The notes under the pieces are model-generated. The model had not been told where the DNA came from. It worked only from the letters and a program-made list of their open reading frames with translations, and searched no databases. A program made the position numbers and the translations under genes. This document shows, piece by piece, positions 46,501-56,180 of a stretch of 64,000 nt of DNA. Source of the DNA: Candidatus Uhrbacteria bacterium RIFCSPLOWO2_01_FULL_47_25 (GTDB taxonomy: Bacteria > Patescibacteriota > Patescibacteriia > GWA2-46-9); contig MGEK01000039.1 of the NCBI GenBank assembly GCA_001791325.1, forward strand, positions 1,175 to 65,174, read 5' to 3'. The stretch's first letter is position 1. Each line of letters opens with the position of its first letter.

Positions 46501-47458
46501 CCGCGCCAGCTGGGGGGGAGATGCGGCAGGGGTGGTTGTGGGTTTCTGCCGTCAACGTGTCATCAAGGTCGCGCGTAACAATAACCCATGAGCTTGGCTC
46601 GCCCGGTTTTTCCGGAATGAGCATTTCGGTCAAGCCACCCCGAATGGCAGAACTATCACAGTCGAAGGCCACGGTTGAGTTGCTTCGATGAAGTATTAGC
46701 GGATCCTTGATGATTTGCATCAGGGTTTGTAGAAGTAGCCGGCCGTTGCGTGTTCTCTTACCTTTGTAGTAACCGTGCCTTGAGTGTTCCGAAATCAATT
46801 GAGCCACGATCATTAAAAAGGCGTCGGTTGGATTCTCGTCGCGCTCCAACGACAGTTCAAATGCCAGGGCTTCGTCGTACTCGTCCCACTTGATGCCCCA
46901 GTCTCTTTCGAACTCGCGTAGTGCTTCTACACCACGTTCGCGCACCGCATACACTTTGGTGGCTTGTCGAACTAAGCCATGGTCGAAGCTCTTGAGCGGT
47001 TCACGATACGGCATTTCCAACATGGGATCGTACAAGGCGGCGGCAAAACGTTCGGCTGTCTCCGGATCAAGTGCTCGGTTCAAGGCGAACCGATGCGAGA
47101 GCTCAACGCGATGAATTTTGCCAAGTCCGCAGCGCTGACAGATCCTGACGGCTTGACTTGAGTAGGGCGTATCGAAGTTTAGTCTGGGACCAAACTCGAA
47201 TACCCAAGGGAAGCTGGACAGCCAGCTCGTATCCGGCGTTCGAGCAATTTCTCTAAACAGACGGACGGGCAGTTTAGTGAAAGCGAGTACTTCCTCTGTT
47301 GTCAACGCCTCCGTCGCTCCAATGTTGAAACATGACTCGGTGTGTATTACTTCCTCCTGGAGGCCTGCAGCTTCAAGGGCTAGGGTCAGGACTTGTACGG
47401 GGAACTCAGCGGGATAGGCGTAAAGATGATGCAGGGTGGTTATTGTCGAGATAGCCAT
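43550..47458 (-). CDS. purL: Large single-chain FGAM synthase (divergent)
   Basis: SEHSRH, ETHNHP, DLGAGGLSN, NESQE, GGKDS, GVCNGAQ; 1302 aa. Confidence 0.9.
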   Translation of the reverse strand: MAISTITTLHHLYAYPAEFPVQVLTLALEAAGLQEEVIHTESCFNIGATEALTTEEVLAFTKLPVRLFREIARTPDTSWLSSFPWVFEFGPRLNFDTPYSSQAVRICQRCGLGKIHRVELSHRFALNRALDPETAERFAAALYDPMLEMPYREPLKSFDHGLVRQATKVYAVRERGVEALREFERDWGIKWDEYDEALAFELSLERDENPTDAFLMIVAQLISEHSRHGYYKGKRTRNGRLLLQTLMQIIKDPLILHRSNSTVAFDCDSSAIRGGLTEMLIPEKPGEPSSWVIVTRDLDDTLTAETHNHPCRISPPAGADTGVGGRQADNYVTRRGADLGVAGAGYCTGNLCIPGHLQPWEKDGWSSRPGYPTPLQIMLGASHGTRRYGNASGEALTYGFVRTLFVVTPDGQAWGWEKPILFTVGAGVMNHEDVAPVEPQAGMLVGYVGGPRFRLGIGGGTASSSAIGYDVDMAILLRSVQRGDALMRRCFGNFFRTCFWLGRRNPVQKSSDLGAGGLSNGPPEIVYPAGAVFDLDQVPWGDDTLSDVERVGNESQESAVMLAWPTDWPLIQAICQREHLPCAVIGTVTGDGRLVMKSRGQVIVNAPLEPMLGTERQKTFVLTPKKERRQPLSMPPEETIRESLDLVFGLLSVCSKRWTTIEGDRSVGGLVAQQQDVGPYQAPIADCSIKAASHFSLRGTAHSIGEQPLSSLISPGASVRLAAAEAILNLGGVKIIGLGDVKCSLNAMLATKLPGEGIWLEEAMQALRQFLAEFQGCEPDGGKDSSAMFDLRVNPDGQLQEVRAPREIVISTNAPVPDITVKVTPDLKEAGRELLWLECNPHQHRLGGSALAQGHGQIGDECPDVKAADLKHLFEAAQELVDLGLISAYHDTAGDGSLVTALEMAFAANLGLDLDFRSQHEARATLFAQEPGAIVECVRIDAVQEVLHRHGVTAQTIGHSLSTPEIKVSVNGSIVLDEQMVDLRAKWEELSSIIDKMKANSACVDAESRARRKMLTSPPYKLTFTPKPTPTAILTAKSKIRIAMLREEGTRGEPEMAAAFYDGGFDPVDVATDDLERGKITLHGFRGRVLPGGWSFRDVFGAGQGWAAVMKGPALADQYLEFCSRPDTFTFGVCNGAQVDASLGLTLGHLFPEEKLPWFTENVSGRFECRFVTLGFRKSPAIMLRGMEGSIFGAWVAHKEGRLTFPDPEVLQFVLTNDLAPIFYVGPDGEPTEEYPFNPNGSPGGITALCSPDGRKFFMMPHAVDRGFRMWQGAYVSSEWTWLEVSPYLQMVQNARTWCEQW

Positions 47459-47585
47459 GTTGTCTGTCTCCTCTCTTTCGTTTTGGTTTCTGGTTTACGT
47501 TATAAAAATGTTAAGGCGCGAGCCTTGTCTACTGGGTTTTCCGGTTTACAGCACGCCTACTTTACTATTTTTTAAAGAAAATTAC

Positions 47586-47653
47586 AACCTCAAATCCAAA
47601 ATAGCTTATCTAACACTTTCCAAAATGCCCCATAGTAAAAATGTTGAACCCAC
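47586..47653. repeat. Direct repeat copy 1 (upstream of purL)
   Basis: CAAATCCAAAATAGCTTATCTAACACTTTCCAAAATGCCCCATAGTAAAAATGTTGAACCCAC. Confidence 0.75.
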
Positions 47654-47843
47654 CTCTCAATACATCTCTCGTCTCTATATCACCATACTAGTATACTAGT
47701 ATGGTAGTAGATAATGCAACCAGCTCTAAATATCAAACAGGACGACATTAACCAGCCAAGCGTATAATTTCAACGCTCAACGGCAACGTCGTCCTATTAC
47801 TCCCCTCCCATCTCCTCCACGTTATGGGAAAAACTCTCCCATC

Positions 47844-48149
47844 TTACCCGACGAGGCCGACCGCCGCCCGGCTTGGCCCAGCGCACGGAATCCGAAGCTC
47901 GACCAAACGATTGGCCAAACCATCAGCCAATGGTTTCTCTGGGCCAACCACCACGAGATCGGGCCCCAGACTAGCTGCCAGTGCTATCAAACCGACTACG
48001 TCAGATGCCTCGACTGGATAGAGCACGGCATTCCGCGCGATACCGGGGTTGCCAGGAGCCCAGTAGAGTTCTCCACAATTCGACGAACTCACAATCGCTA
48101 GCGCCATCGCAGCCTCACGTCCACCGCCACCAATTCCTAACACTTTCAT
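47844..48149 (-). pseudogene. purD: Truncated phosphoribosylamine--glycine ligase (N-terminal domain only)
   Basis: MKVLGIGGGGRE, APGNPG, VVVGPEKPLADG; stops at aa 101 with no continuation seen. Confidence 0.85.
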
Positions 48150-48258
48150 TAGTCTCTCCTTTTTTCTTTTGCTGTATGTGGTTGTGACTGTTCATTCCAA
48201 ACTGAAAGAAATACTAAATCAGAACGGCAATACTTTATCACCCCGACACGATATTGAC

Positions 48259-48326
48259 AACCCCAAATCTAAAATAGTTTATCCAGCACCTTCCCAAATA
48301 CCCGATGGTGAAAATGTTGAATCCAC
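48259..48326. repeat. Direct repeat copy 2 (upstream of purD fragment)
   Basis: CAAATCTAAAATAGTTTATCCAGCACCTTCCCAAATACCCGATGGTGAAAATGTTGAATCCAC. Confidence 0.75.
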
Positions 48327-48334
48327 TAAATTGT

Positions 48335-48763
48335 TTAATTAATTGTTCTTGAATTTTCCACCGATGTCCTAATGCGTTCGGCAATTTTCAACGCCTCGCC
48401 CTCACCATACTTTCGATGACCCCATGATTTATAACCGTCACCGCTCAAACGAGGAATCACGTGAAAATGCATATGCGGCACAATTTGCCCCGCCGCCGCT
48501 CCGTTATTGACGCCTATATTAAAACCATCGGCGCCAACGGCCCACATAATGGCTTTAGCAATCTTGGGCAAGACCTTGACCACGACGATCAAAGAACTCT
48601 CGGTAGTATCAAGGAAGTCGCTGGAATGTGTTTTTGGTATCACTAAAGTATGGCCAGGATTAACCGGCGCAATATCCAAGAAAGCCAGAACATGTTCATC
48701 TTCGTACACTTTTTCGGACGGTATCTCCCCGGCTATAATTTTGCAAAAAATGCAATCGCTCAT
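48335..48763 (-). CDS. HIT family protein
   Basis: CIFCKII, GHTLVIPK, HMHFHVIPR; start set to MSDCIF. Confidence 0.95.
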   Translation of the reverse strand: MSDCIFCKIIAGEIPSEKVYEDEHVLAFLDIAPVNPGHTLVIPKTHSSDFLDTTESSLIVVVKVLPKIAKAIMWAVGADGFNIGVNNGAAAGQIVPHMHFHVIPRLSGDGYKSWGHRKYGEGEALKIAERIRTSVENSRTIN

Positions 48764-48782
48764 ATTACCTCTAATTTTAAAA

Positions 48783-49127
48783 TCACAAAATGAAGGCAAA
48801 AAACAGCATGGCCGCGAAACTAACTATCCCTAAAATAAATCTCTCCAACGGCGCGACCGCAGAAATTGTCATTATTATAACACTGATAAGAAGCGCCGCC
48901 AATATAAACAGCGAGCGCGGCAAACGATGGTTAGACTGACCATTAGCTAACGCCAAAATCAAACTCAAACCAATGCTTATAATAAACAGCAAAAAAATAT
49001 TTATGGCCGAGCTGATTGACCCCGGGCGAACAAGTTCAATCAAAACAAAGCTAAGGGTCGTTAAAAATAACGCGGCAAAAACGTCATTAACGATTTCTTT
49101 CCAAGAATAATTATGGCTGTCTAACAT
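48783..49127 (-). CDS. Small four-TM membrane protein
   Basis: Hydrophobic ORF in operon context. Confidence 0.6.
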   Translation of the reverse strand: MLDSHNYSWKEIVNDVFAALFLTTLSFVLIELVRPGSISSAINIFLLFIISIGLSLILALANGQSNHRLPRSLFILAALLISVIIMTISAVAPLERFILGIVSFAAMLFFAFIL

Positions 49128-49854
49128 ACTGGATGAAACGTTCCGCCTTGCGCCCGATGATGCCCCTCAAATCTGCCAACTGCAAGGGTTGATCAATCAG
49201 TGTTACTTCAACACGCCTAACCTCCAACATGATTCCTTGGTCATTTACAGTCGGAGCAGAAATCATAAAACGCAGACTGCCGTCTTCAACCGCAGCTCCC
49301 GCCAATCTAAATATGACCTCGCCAGCCGTCCAGTTATCAGCCATGGAAATGGTTGATAGTGATTGTAAATCATAAGACCAATTACCGATTTGTCCGATTT
49401 TTAAACCCAGGCGCGGCGAAGGACCATTAGTCTGATACAGCAATCGCACTCTTGCCTGCTCCATTCGGCGCGGCAACCTAACGTCAAAATACACGGGCTC
49501 GGCGTTGACTTGCCGTTTCCACACGCCCTCAATCGCCACTGGCTCGCCTAAACGACCCAAAGGATACAACGATGAAATATAAGGGTGATAATGCTTAAGA
49601 TCGTTCGCCACAAACAATTGTCCATTCGGAGCAAAATCGCGCCATATTAACCAAGCTACGACTGCGACTGGCGTGAGCACAAGTAAACCCCGCACCACGA
49701 TTTTAAACCAGTGGCCTTGGGGTATTGCTCTTTGGGTTTGATTTTCCAATTCATCCATGGTTTTATCTCTGCCCGCCGGCTGATGTGGCACCTCGGACGG
49801 ATGGCTTTCTGTGGTGCGGGGTAAACTTCTAATAACAATCTTTTTGGACAACAC
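49111..49854 (-). CDS. Hypothetical membrane-anchored protein
   Basis: One TM helix, EPVYFDVRLPR; start uncertain. Confidence 0.65.
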   Translation of the reverse strand: MLSKKIVIRSLPRTTESHPSEVPHQPAGRDKTMDELENQTQRAIPQGHWFKIVVRGLLVLTPVAVVAWLIWRDFAPNGQLFVANDLKHYHPYISSLYPLGRLGEPVAIEGVWKRQVNAEPVYFDVRLPRRMEQARVRLLYQTNGPSPRLGLKIGQIGNWSYDLQSLSTISMADNWTAGEVIFRLAGAAVEDGSLRFMISAPTVNDQGIMLEVRRVEVTLIDQPLQLADLRGIIGRKAERFIQYVRQP

Positions 49855-49857
49855 AAT

Positions 49858-51450
49858 TTATAGGCGAATTAACCGATAGAGAAAGGCACCATCCGGCAGC
49901 ATTATCGGCGAGCGTAAATTAAATCGCCATTGTTGTAATTTCTGCCTAAGCTCTAAATTCGGCTGCTCAACCGTATAAAAATAAACCGGCACAACCTCAA
50001 CCAAGCGGACAACGGCCTCCAATACTGGCGGAATGGAAAAAACTGGACGGCCGTCTGAAATGATTACCCGACGTTCAGGGGAAAAAACTTTATCAGCGCG
50101 GTCGCCAATAATAACAGAGCTAGGAGCAACCACGCTCTCGGTAGTAATTATAGCGCGGCGGTATTTTTGCAAACGTTCAGCCACATAAGTCAAACCTTCC
50201 GGGTAGTCAAAAAATACTTGGGTAAAGCTTGCACCGGCCAAAAGTAAAATCACGACGGCGAGCCAAATCCGACCGGTAAGGCCTTTAAGATATCGCTGAA
50301 TGGCCAAAAGCGCTAAGGCGGCATAGGGCAGCCAGATAGCGTAAAGCGGCAACCAATAACGAACATAGGAAGAGCCTACTGTTATACCACCCGCCCCAAC
50401 CGTATCTGAAATATTCCAACTTCCGTAATAAATAGCCAGCCAAAGCGTCACCCAACCGGCCGCTAAAACATATGAACGATTAATCTTTTGGTCACGATTA
50501 TATAAAAATCCACCCACAACCAATAACCAAAAAGGTAAAAATAAAACTACCACATAACGCAAAAAATTACTGGCAATATTAAAGAGCGAAAAGCCAAACG
50601 GTACCACCACCCAAAGCGATGTCTTTATAAATAAAGGCAATTTAGAAGAAATTATGTTTTGTCCATTCGCCACTTGATAACCCAACGGCCAAACTTGACC
50701 GTAAACAGAGATGGCCAGCCAAAACCAAAATATGATTAACAGTCCGCCCGTAAGCAAAGCAGTAAATAAATGCGCCGGGCGTAACTCGCGACGATCAATG
50801 ATAATCGCGGCGCCAACAATAGGCAAAACCCATAAAGCTTCCGATGTGCGAACGAATAAAGCCGCGGCCAAAGCAAACAAACAAAATACCAACCATCCTT
50901 GAGGCCACTTAGATTCTCGCCAGCGCCAATATCCCCACCAAGTAAAAATAAGAAAATCAAAAAAAAGCGCGTTATGATAAAAACCGCGACTGGCGTAATA
51001 CCACACAGCCGGATGAATGGCCAAAAGAGTAGTCGCCAATAATGCCGTCGCCGACCCAAATAATCGCCGCCAGCACGCATAAGCCGCCAAGAGCGCCAAG
51101 ACTGTAAATAATGGCGTTAGAAACGACAATATGGCGCGGCCAAAAGCTAGGCCGATAATACCGTAAATAATAGGCAGTCCGATAAAACTAACCGGCACGA
51201 TAGCGCCGTTAACCACCCTTGTTGAACGAGGATGAATAAGGTTATTTGCCAAACCGTTTAAGGGTTCAGGAACAGCTATTGGTTGAGCGTTGATAATGCG
51301 TGTTGTAAAAAAATAATTGGCCGCTTCGTCGGGGGAGTTAAAGCGTATTATCTCCCTAGTTGTTGTCGCCCAGGGGAAAAAAGAATAAGCCATAAACGCC
51401 GCGCCGGCAATAATTCCTAAAATAATTTTGTCACGTTTTGCCATCATCAT
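49858..51450 (-). CDS. GT-C fold glycosyltransferase (ArnT/PMT_2-like)
   Basis: SPDE after the first TM helix, many TM segments, YVRYWLP. Confidence 0.7.
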   Translation of the reverse strand: MMMAKRDKIILGIIAGAAFMAYSFFPWATTTREIIRFNSPDEAANYFFTTRIINAQPIAVPEPLNGLANNLIHPRSTRVVNGAIVPVSFIGLPIIYGIIGLAFGRAILSFLTPLFTVLALLAAYACWRRLFGSATALLATTLLAIHPAVWYYASRGFYHNALFFDFLIFTWWGYWRWRESKWPQGWLVFCLFALAAALFVRTSEALWVLPIVGAAIIIDRRELRPAHLFTALLTGGLLIIFWFWLAISVYGQVWPLGYQVANGQNIISSKLPLFIKTSLWVVVPFGFSLFNIASNFLRYVVVLFLPFWLLVVGGFLYNRDQKINRSYVLAAGWVTLWLAIYYGSWNISDTVGAGGITVGSSYVRYWLPLYAIWLPYAALALLAIQRYLKGLTGRIWLAVVILLLAGASFTQVFFDYPEGLTYVAERLQKYRRAIITTESVVAPSSVIIGDRADKVFSPERRVIISDGRPVFSIPPVLEAVVRLVEVVPVYFYTVEQPNLELRQKLQQWRFNLRSPIMLPDGAFLYRLIRL

Positions 51451-51519
51451 ATTTGATTATACATTTTTTAATGCACCGAGAACTAGCAATAAATTAAATA
51501 ATACTGGTACAATGAAAAT

Positions 51520-53706
51520 ATGTATATAACTTTCGTCTTCTTGGCCTTGGGGCTAAGCGGTTTTATCGCGATAAACCATTTCTTTTGGCAATCAGCGATT
51601 CTGGGGGCAGTGCTTGGCTCATGCTACTTAGTTGGAGGTGGGTGGTATTTAGGCAAACAAATAATATCCACTCAATCAATAATCATTAAAACAATAGCGG
51701 GAGCCCTTCTCTGGGTCGCCTTTCTTGCTGGATTTAGCGGACTTGTCTATCGCTTATGGAATCTGGAATCCATCACTGTTATGGTGATCATTGCGCTAGC
51801 GCCGCTTATAGTAATCTCTTTAGCGTCCCTAAAACCCGCCCCACTAACTGCGCCCTCGCGGCCAGACAATGACAGTATAACACAGGAAATACCTGCGCCC
51901 GAAAGCGACCCCCACTCCACACTTAACGGGCCTAGCGCGTGGATCAATTACTTCTTAATCATCGCTGTAGTTGCCATTTTAACAATTACTGTAGCGCTTC
52001 TTTTTATATCCCAAACTAATGAAGCTCTGCGCTCCCCTTGGACAATCGTGCCGCCAGCGTTTTTTCCACTAATTTTTCTTGCCAATCTTCTAGCGTTGGC
52101 CTTCGGCTTTGGCGCCATTATCAAACGCTCCTCATCCAACCATTGGATAATTCTCGTGCTGCTGACCGCCATTTCTTTAATCGTCGCTGTAATTATTTAC
52201 GAAGTCGGCTATGGCTTTGATCCATTTGTGCATCAAGCCACGGAATTACTAATTAAAAAGAATGGAATCGTTCTGCCAAGACAATGGTATTATTTGGGTC
52301 AATACGGTTTGGTGGTTAGTTTGTCCTATATCTTTCAAAATAATGTCATCTTCCTTGACAAACTACTCTTGCCCGTCATAGCCGCTATCACTCTGCCGAC
52401 AATTTTATTTTTATCATTAAGCAAATTATCTAACGATTGCAAAGTCGTTTTTTTGTCTAGTCTCGCTCTTTTAACCATACCCCTTAGGTGGTTTATCAAC
52501 ACGACACCGCAGGGTCTGGGCAATCTAGCGCTGTTAGCCATCATCTTCATTGGTTTTGCTTGGCCAAGCGATGAAAGGAGAAATATTAAATGGCTGCTCT
52601 GGGGGCTGGCATTCGTGGCCGCCACTATTCATCCTCTGGCTGGCCTGCCAGCTATAATATTTCTCACCCTAAGTGCTATTCTCAAAGAACGAAGAGCATA
52701 CTCACGATATTTAACCGCCGTTCTCCCCGTCGTTCTTGGCGCTATAATACCGTTGCTTTTCTGGATTCAAGAAAGAAAAAATTTGAACGCCATACCCGAT
52801 ATAATTTCGGTATTCAATCAAGGCGTCGTACCGATGTTCTCTGGCTGGATTTACTTTGAACAACGGTTCAACCTAATACTTGACGCTGTTTATCATTTTG
52901 AGTTCAATCTACCAATTATCATTCTGGTTCTTGCCGCCATAGGTATTATCTTAAGCTATCGCCCCAAACAATTGAGGGTGGCCTGGCCACACCTATTAAC
53001 AGCCGCCATTCTCGCTATTGACGGATTGATCCTCAATAATTTTTTGTCCTTTCGTTATCTCATTGACTACGAGAGAACGTGGTATGGCAACCGTCTTTGG
53101 GAAATGGCTATGTTTTTTCTTCTGCCCTACGCCGCCCTTGCTTTAATCGCATTTTTCAATAAGCTTTTGAAAGCTTCGCCCATGGTAATAATATTTTGGG
53201 CGCTCGTTCTAGCAACTCTCCGCACGGCTAGCGTCTATCTCACCTATCCGCGTTTTGACGGCTACGCTTATGATCGCGGATATAGCCCCAGCGTTCACGA
53301 CATTAAGGCCGTCCGCGCCATAGAAAACAAAGCCAAAGAGCCATATATAGTGCTGGCCAATCAGGCGACAAGCGCCGCGGCCTTGCGAGAACTTGGCTTC
53401 AAGAAATATTTCACGAGACGTGACGCGGAAAGCGCGGAACAAATATTTTTTTATCCAATCCCCACGGGCGGCAGTCTTTATCAATACTATTTAAAAATGG
53501 TATATGAGGAACCAAGCCGTAAAAATGTAGAAGTAGCCATGAATATGGTCGGCGTTAAGGAAGCGTATTTTGTTCTTAACGATTATTGGACTGATTCGCA
53601 AAAGATCGCGGTCTCGGCAAAGCAGGAAGCCGACAGCTGGGAAATTATTGATGGCGGAAAAATTTACATCTTCAAATACCAGCGGTCAAATTCAACATCT
53701 GACTAA
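51520..53706 (+). CDS. Large polytopic membrane protein, possibly GT-C-like
   Basis: Many TM segments, YGFDPFVH loop, soluble C-terminal domain. Confidence 0.65.
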   Translation: MYITFVFLALGLSGFIAINHFFWQSAILGAVLGSCYLVGGGWYLGKQIISTQSIIIKTIAGALLWVAFLAGFSGLVYRLWNLESITVMVIIALAPLIVISLASLKPAPLTAPSRPDNDSITQEIPAPESDPHSTLNGPSAWINYFLIIAVVAILTITVALLFISQTNEALRSPWTIVPPAFFPLIFLANLLALAFGFGAIIKRSSSNHWIILVLLTAISLIVAVIIYEVGYGFDPFVHQATELLIKKNGIVLPRQWYYLGQYGLVVSLSYIFQNNVIFLDKLLLPVIAAITLPTILFLSLSKLSNDCKVVFLSSLALLTIPLRWFINTTPQGLGNLALLAIIFIGFAWPSDERRNIKWLLWGLAFVAATIHPLAGLPAIIFLTLSAILKERRAYSRYLTAVLPVVLGAIIPLLFWIQERKNLNAIPDIISVFNQGVVPMFSGWIYFEQRFNLILDAVYHFEFNLPIIILVLAAIGIILSYRPKQLRVAWPHLLTAAILAIDGLILNNFLSFRYLIDYERTWYGNRLWEMAMFFLLPYAALALIAFFNKLLKASPMVIIFWALVLATLRTASVYLTYPRFDGYAYDRGYSPSVHDIKAVRAIENKAKEPYIVLANQATSAAALRELGFKKYFTRRDAESAEQIFFYPIPTGGSLYQYYLKMVYEEPSRKNVEVAMNMVGVKEAYFVLNDYWTDSQKIAVSAKQEADSWEIIDGGKIYIFKYQRSNSTSD

Positions 53707-54007
53707 AAACTTATACCATCTCTAATTAACCGCTTCGCAATGGATACACGCTAACCCAAGATTTTGAGCCAAAAAATACAGGGTTAAGAGAAAGAGATCG
53801 TTTAAAGATGGTATTACTTAACAATTTAATCATAAAAATTTATATATACAAATTGTGACGATCGTCACGTTTTGTATATATGAAAAAATATCCATGATCT
53901 ACTACTTACAAGCAAAATCAATGGTATGGACCCCCAGGCAATCCTCGGATCCCGTTTTCTAAGCGGTATCCCCGCGGCAAGCCGCGGGGTATAACGGTTA
54001 ATAACGG

Positions 54008-55240
54008 TTAATTAATTAATGATTGATATACTTTCATTACCTCATCATGATATTGCTCTGTTGAAAAAATTGGAGCGGATTTTCGAGCTCCCTCTTGAAG
54101 CTGTCGGTAATCCACCGATACCGCCTCCTCCATAGCGGCCAGCAGCGCCGAGAGATCGGCTGGCGTAAACAGGAAACCGTTAACGCCACTCTTGATTAAT
54201 TCGGGGATTCCCCCTATTCGAGAAGCAATTACCGGCACGCCGGCTACAAAACTTTCACCGATACTGGTTGGAGAATTTTCATAAGCTAGGCTTGGTAATA
54301 CTAAATAATGAACGGCGGATAATATTTCATCTTTTTGCACAACGTCAACAAAACCGACATAGCGCACATTGCGGAGAGTTTTGGCGGCTTTTTCTACCTC
54401 TAATTTCAGACTGCCATCACCAGCAATAACCAATTCAGCGTCTTTGTGCGTAGCTGAAAATTTTTTCCAAACCTCAAGCAATAGCCGTACACCCTTGTAT
54501 ACTTCCATCTGACCTAAATATAAAAAATTAAAAGGCGGAGGAGGTTGCTTAGTTGACAATGAAACTATTTCAGAAATTACTGGATTGCGAATAATAGCAG
54601 TTTTTGACTTTGGGAAAAAGCCTTTGTCTTGATATTCCTTTAGCAAAAATTCAGAAGGTGAAATGATAACATCTGGCGAGCCGAATAACCAAGCGTTAAG
54701 ACGAGCATAAACGCTAACGAGTAGCATTTTTTGCGTAAACGAATTCTCTTGCCCGTATATTTTAAGGCCGGTTGGATGCAGAGCGCCAAGATCGTGAACA
54801 GTATGAAACCAAAGAGGTCTATGTGTTTTATTTTTGCTATGCTGAATCGCCGCCGGAACTGTATAGCCTAATCCTTTAAGATTATGAGTTAAAATCAAAT
54901 CTGGTTTCTCGCGCTTCAAAATACTACGCACTACAAAATAGGTATGCAAATTAAACATATCCAACCCGTGCCACAATAATCTGACTATGGCGTTATGTTT
55001 AGAAATGTTGAAAATTGCAAAGAGATTGATGGGCGCAAAGCGAAATACCCTCAAAGAACGGCTTTTGCCCCTTGTCAAATTGCCCCACCGCCCCCAGATG
55101 CTGTGCCAGCCACCAAATGGCTCCGCGCTAATAGCAAAGACTTCGTGTTCAGAAAAAGCCTGCATAGAAACAAAAGCCACGCTTTCGGCTCCACCGCGAC
55201 TATAGGGCGGCAAAATAGCGCTAATGACACAAATCTTCAT
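54008..55240 (-). CDS. Glycosyltransferase family 4
   Basis: GGAE, KGV, ENSPTSIGE, RIGGIPE. Confidence 0.92.
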   Translation of the reverse strand: MKICVISAILPPYSRGGAESVAFVSMQAFSEHEVFAISAEPFGGWHSIWGRWGNLTRGKSRSLRVFRFAPINLFAIFNISKHNAIVRLLWHGLDMFNLHTYFVVRSILKREKPDLILTHNLKGLGYTVPAAIQHSKNKTHRPLWFHTVHDLGALHPTGLKIYGQENSFTQKMLLVSVYARLNAWLFGSPDVIISPSEFLLKEYQDKGFFPKSKTAIIRNPVISEIVSLSTKQPPPPFNFLYLGQMEVYKGVRLLLEVWKKFSATHKDAELVIAGDGSLKLEVEKAAKTLRNVRYVGFVDVVQKDEILSAVHYLVLPSLAYENSPTSIGESFVAGVPVIASRIGGIPELIKSGVNGFLFTPADLSALLAAMEEAVSVDYRQLQEGARKSAPIFSTEQYHDEVMKVYQSLIN

Positions 55241-55294
55241 ATCAACAGAATAATTTCTAAATTCTAAGCACTAAATTAGCTGAATAAAGAATAA

Positions 55295-56132
55295 GGTAAT
55301 TAGTGTGTTTCGTAACCACGAGGTGTTAGAATACCCTTATGGTTACTGGGCAAAAGAATGTTTTCAACTGTGCGGCCAACTTTTTGAGGGGCAGAAAGTG
55401 CATATTCTGCGGTTCTTTTCACGTCTGTAAAACTCAGCGCGGCTATGTGAAGTGCCGGCACGCGGCTTGTGGAAAACAGAAGTCGCTCAAACGCCTGCGC
55501 AAAGAGATTGGCATTATCACCGGCTTCTACCAACAGCAGCCGGCCTATCGCGTGGCGAGCGATCTCGGCCTTGATTATCAGGTGGTGAGCCGCGTCTATC
55601 AACGCTTGCGCGAAGCGATCTATCATGTGGCTGAATTGGAAGCAGGCAAGCTCAAGGGAGAGATTGAGATTGATGAGGCTTACTTCGGCGGCAGAAGGAA
55701 GGGGAAGCGCGGCAGAGGCGCCGTCGGGAAAAGCATTGTTTTCGGCCTTTTGGAGCGCGATGGACGAGTTTATACCAAAGTTGTGGAACGGGTAACGGCC
55801 GATGAATTGATGGCCCATATTAGGAAGCATACGAGAAAGGGGTCGGTCTATTACACGGATACCTTTCGTAGCTACAACTCCTTGAAGCGCTGGGGCAAAC
55901 ACCACCGCTTGAACCACGGCAAGGTCTTTGCCCACAAAGGCCAGAACCACATCAACGGCATTGAGGGATTTTGGAGTTATGCCAAGCATATCCTGTACAA
56001 CTACCGAGGAGTTTCCAAATACCATTTTCCGATGTATCTTAAAGAGGTGGAATATCGTTTTAACCATAGACATGATAATTTATTCAAACTGTTTATGAAC
56101 ATCTATTTTGGTTACGTTTCGCACTAATTACC
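55295..56132 (+). mobile_element. Intact IS1595-family insertion sequence (838 bp)
   Basis: 24-bp IRs GGTAATTAGTGTGTTTCGTAACCA / TGGTTACGTTTCGCACTAATTACC (20/24); 8-bp target duplication AAGAATAA. Confidence 0.93.
55339..56127 (+). CDS. IS1595-family DDE transposase
   Basis: Zinc ribbon, HTH, EIDEAYFGG, YTD, NHINGIEGFW, YLKEVEYRFN. Confidence 0.93.
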   Translation: MVTGQKNVFNCAANFLRGRKCIFCGSFHVCKTQRGYVKCRHAACGKQKSLKRLRKEIGIITGFYQQQPAYRVASDLGLDYQVVSRVYQRLREAIYHVAELEAGKLKGEIEIDEAYFGGRRKGKRGRGAVGKSIVFGLLERDGRVYTKVVERVTADELMAHIRKHTRKGSVYYTDTFRSYNSLKRWGKHHRLNHGKVFAHKGQNHINGIEGFWSYAKHILYNYRGVSKYHFPMYLKEVEYRFNHRHDNLFKLFMNIYFGYVSH

Positions 56133-56180
56133 AAGAATAATGAATAGAGAATAATGCATAATTCTTTCTTCCCTCATAAT

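Noticed and set aside
55300-56073. 257-aa antisense ORF inside IS1595
   Set aside because: Shadow of the transposase; its end mirrors the transposase end because of the inverted repeat, and no motif was recognised.
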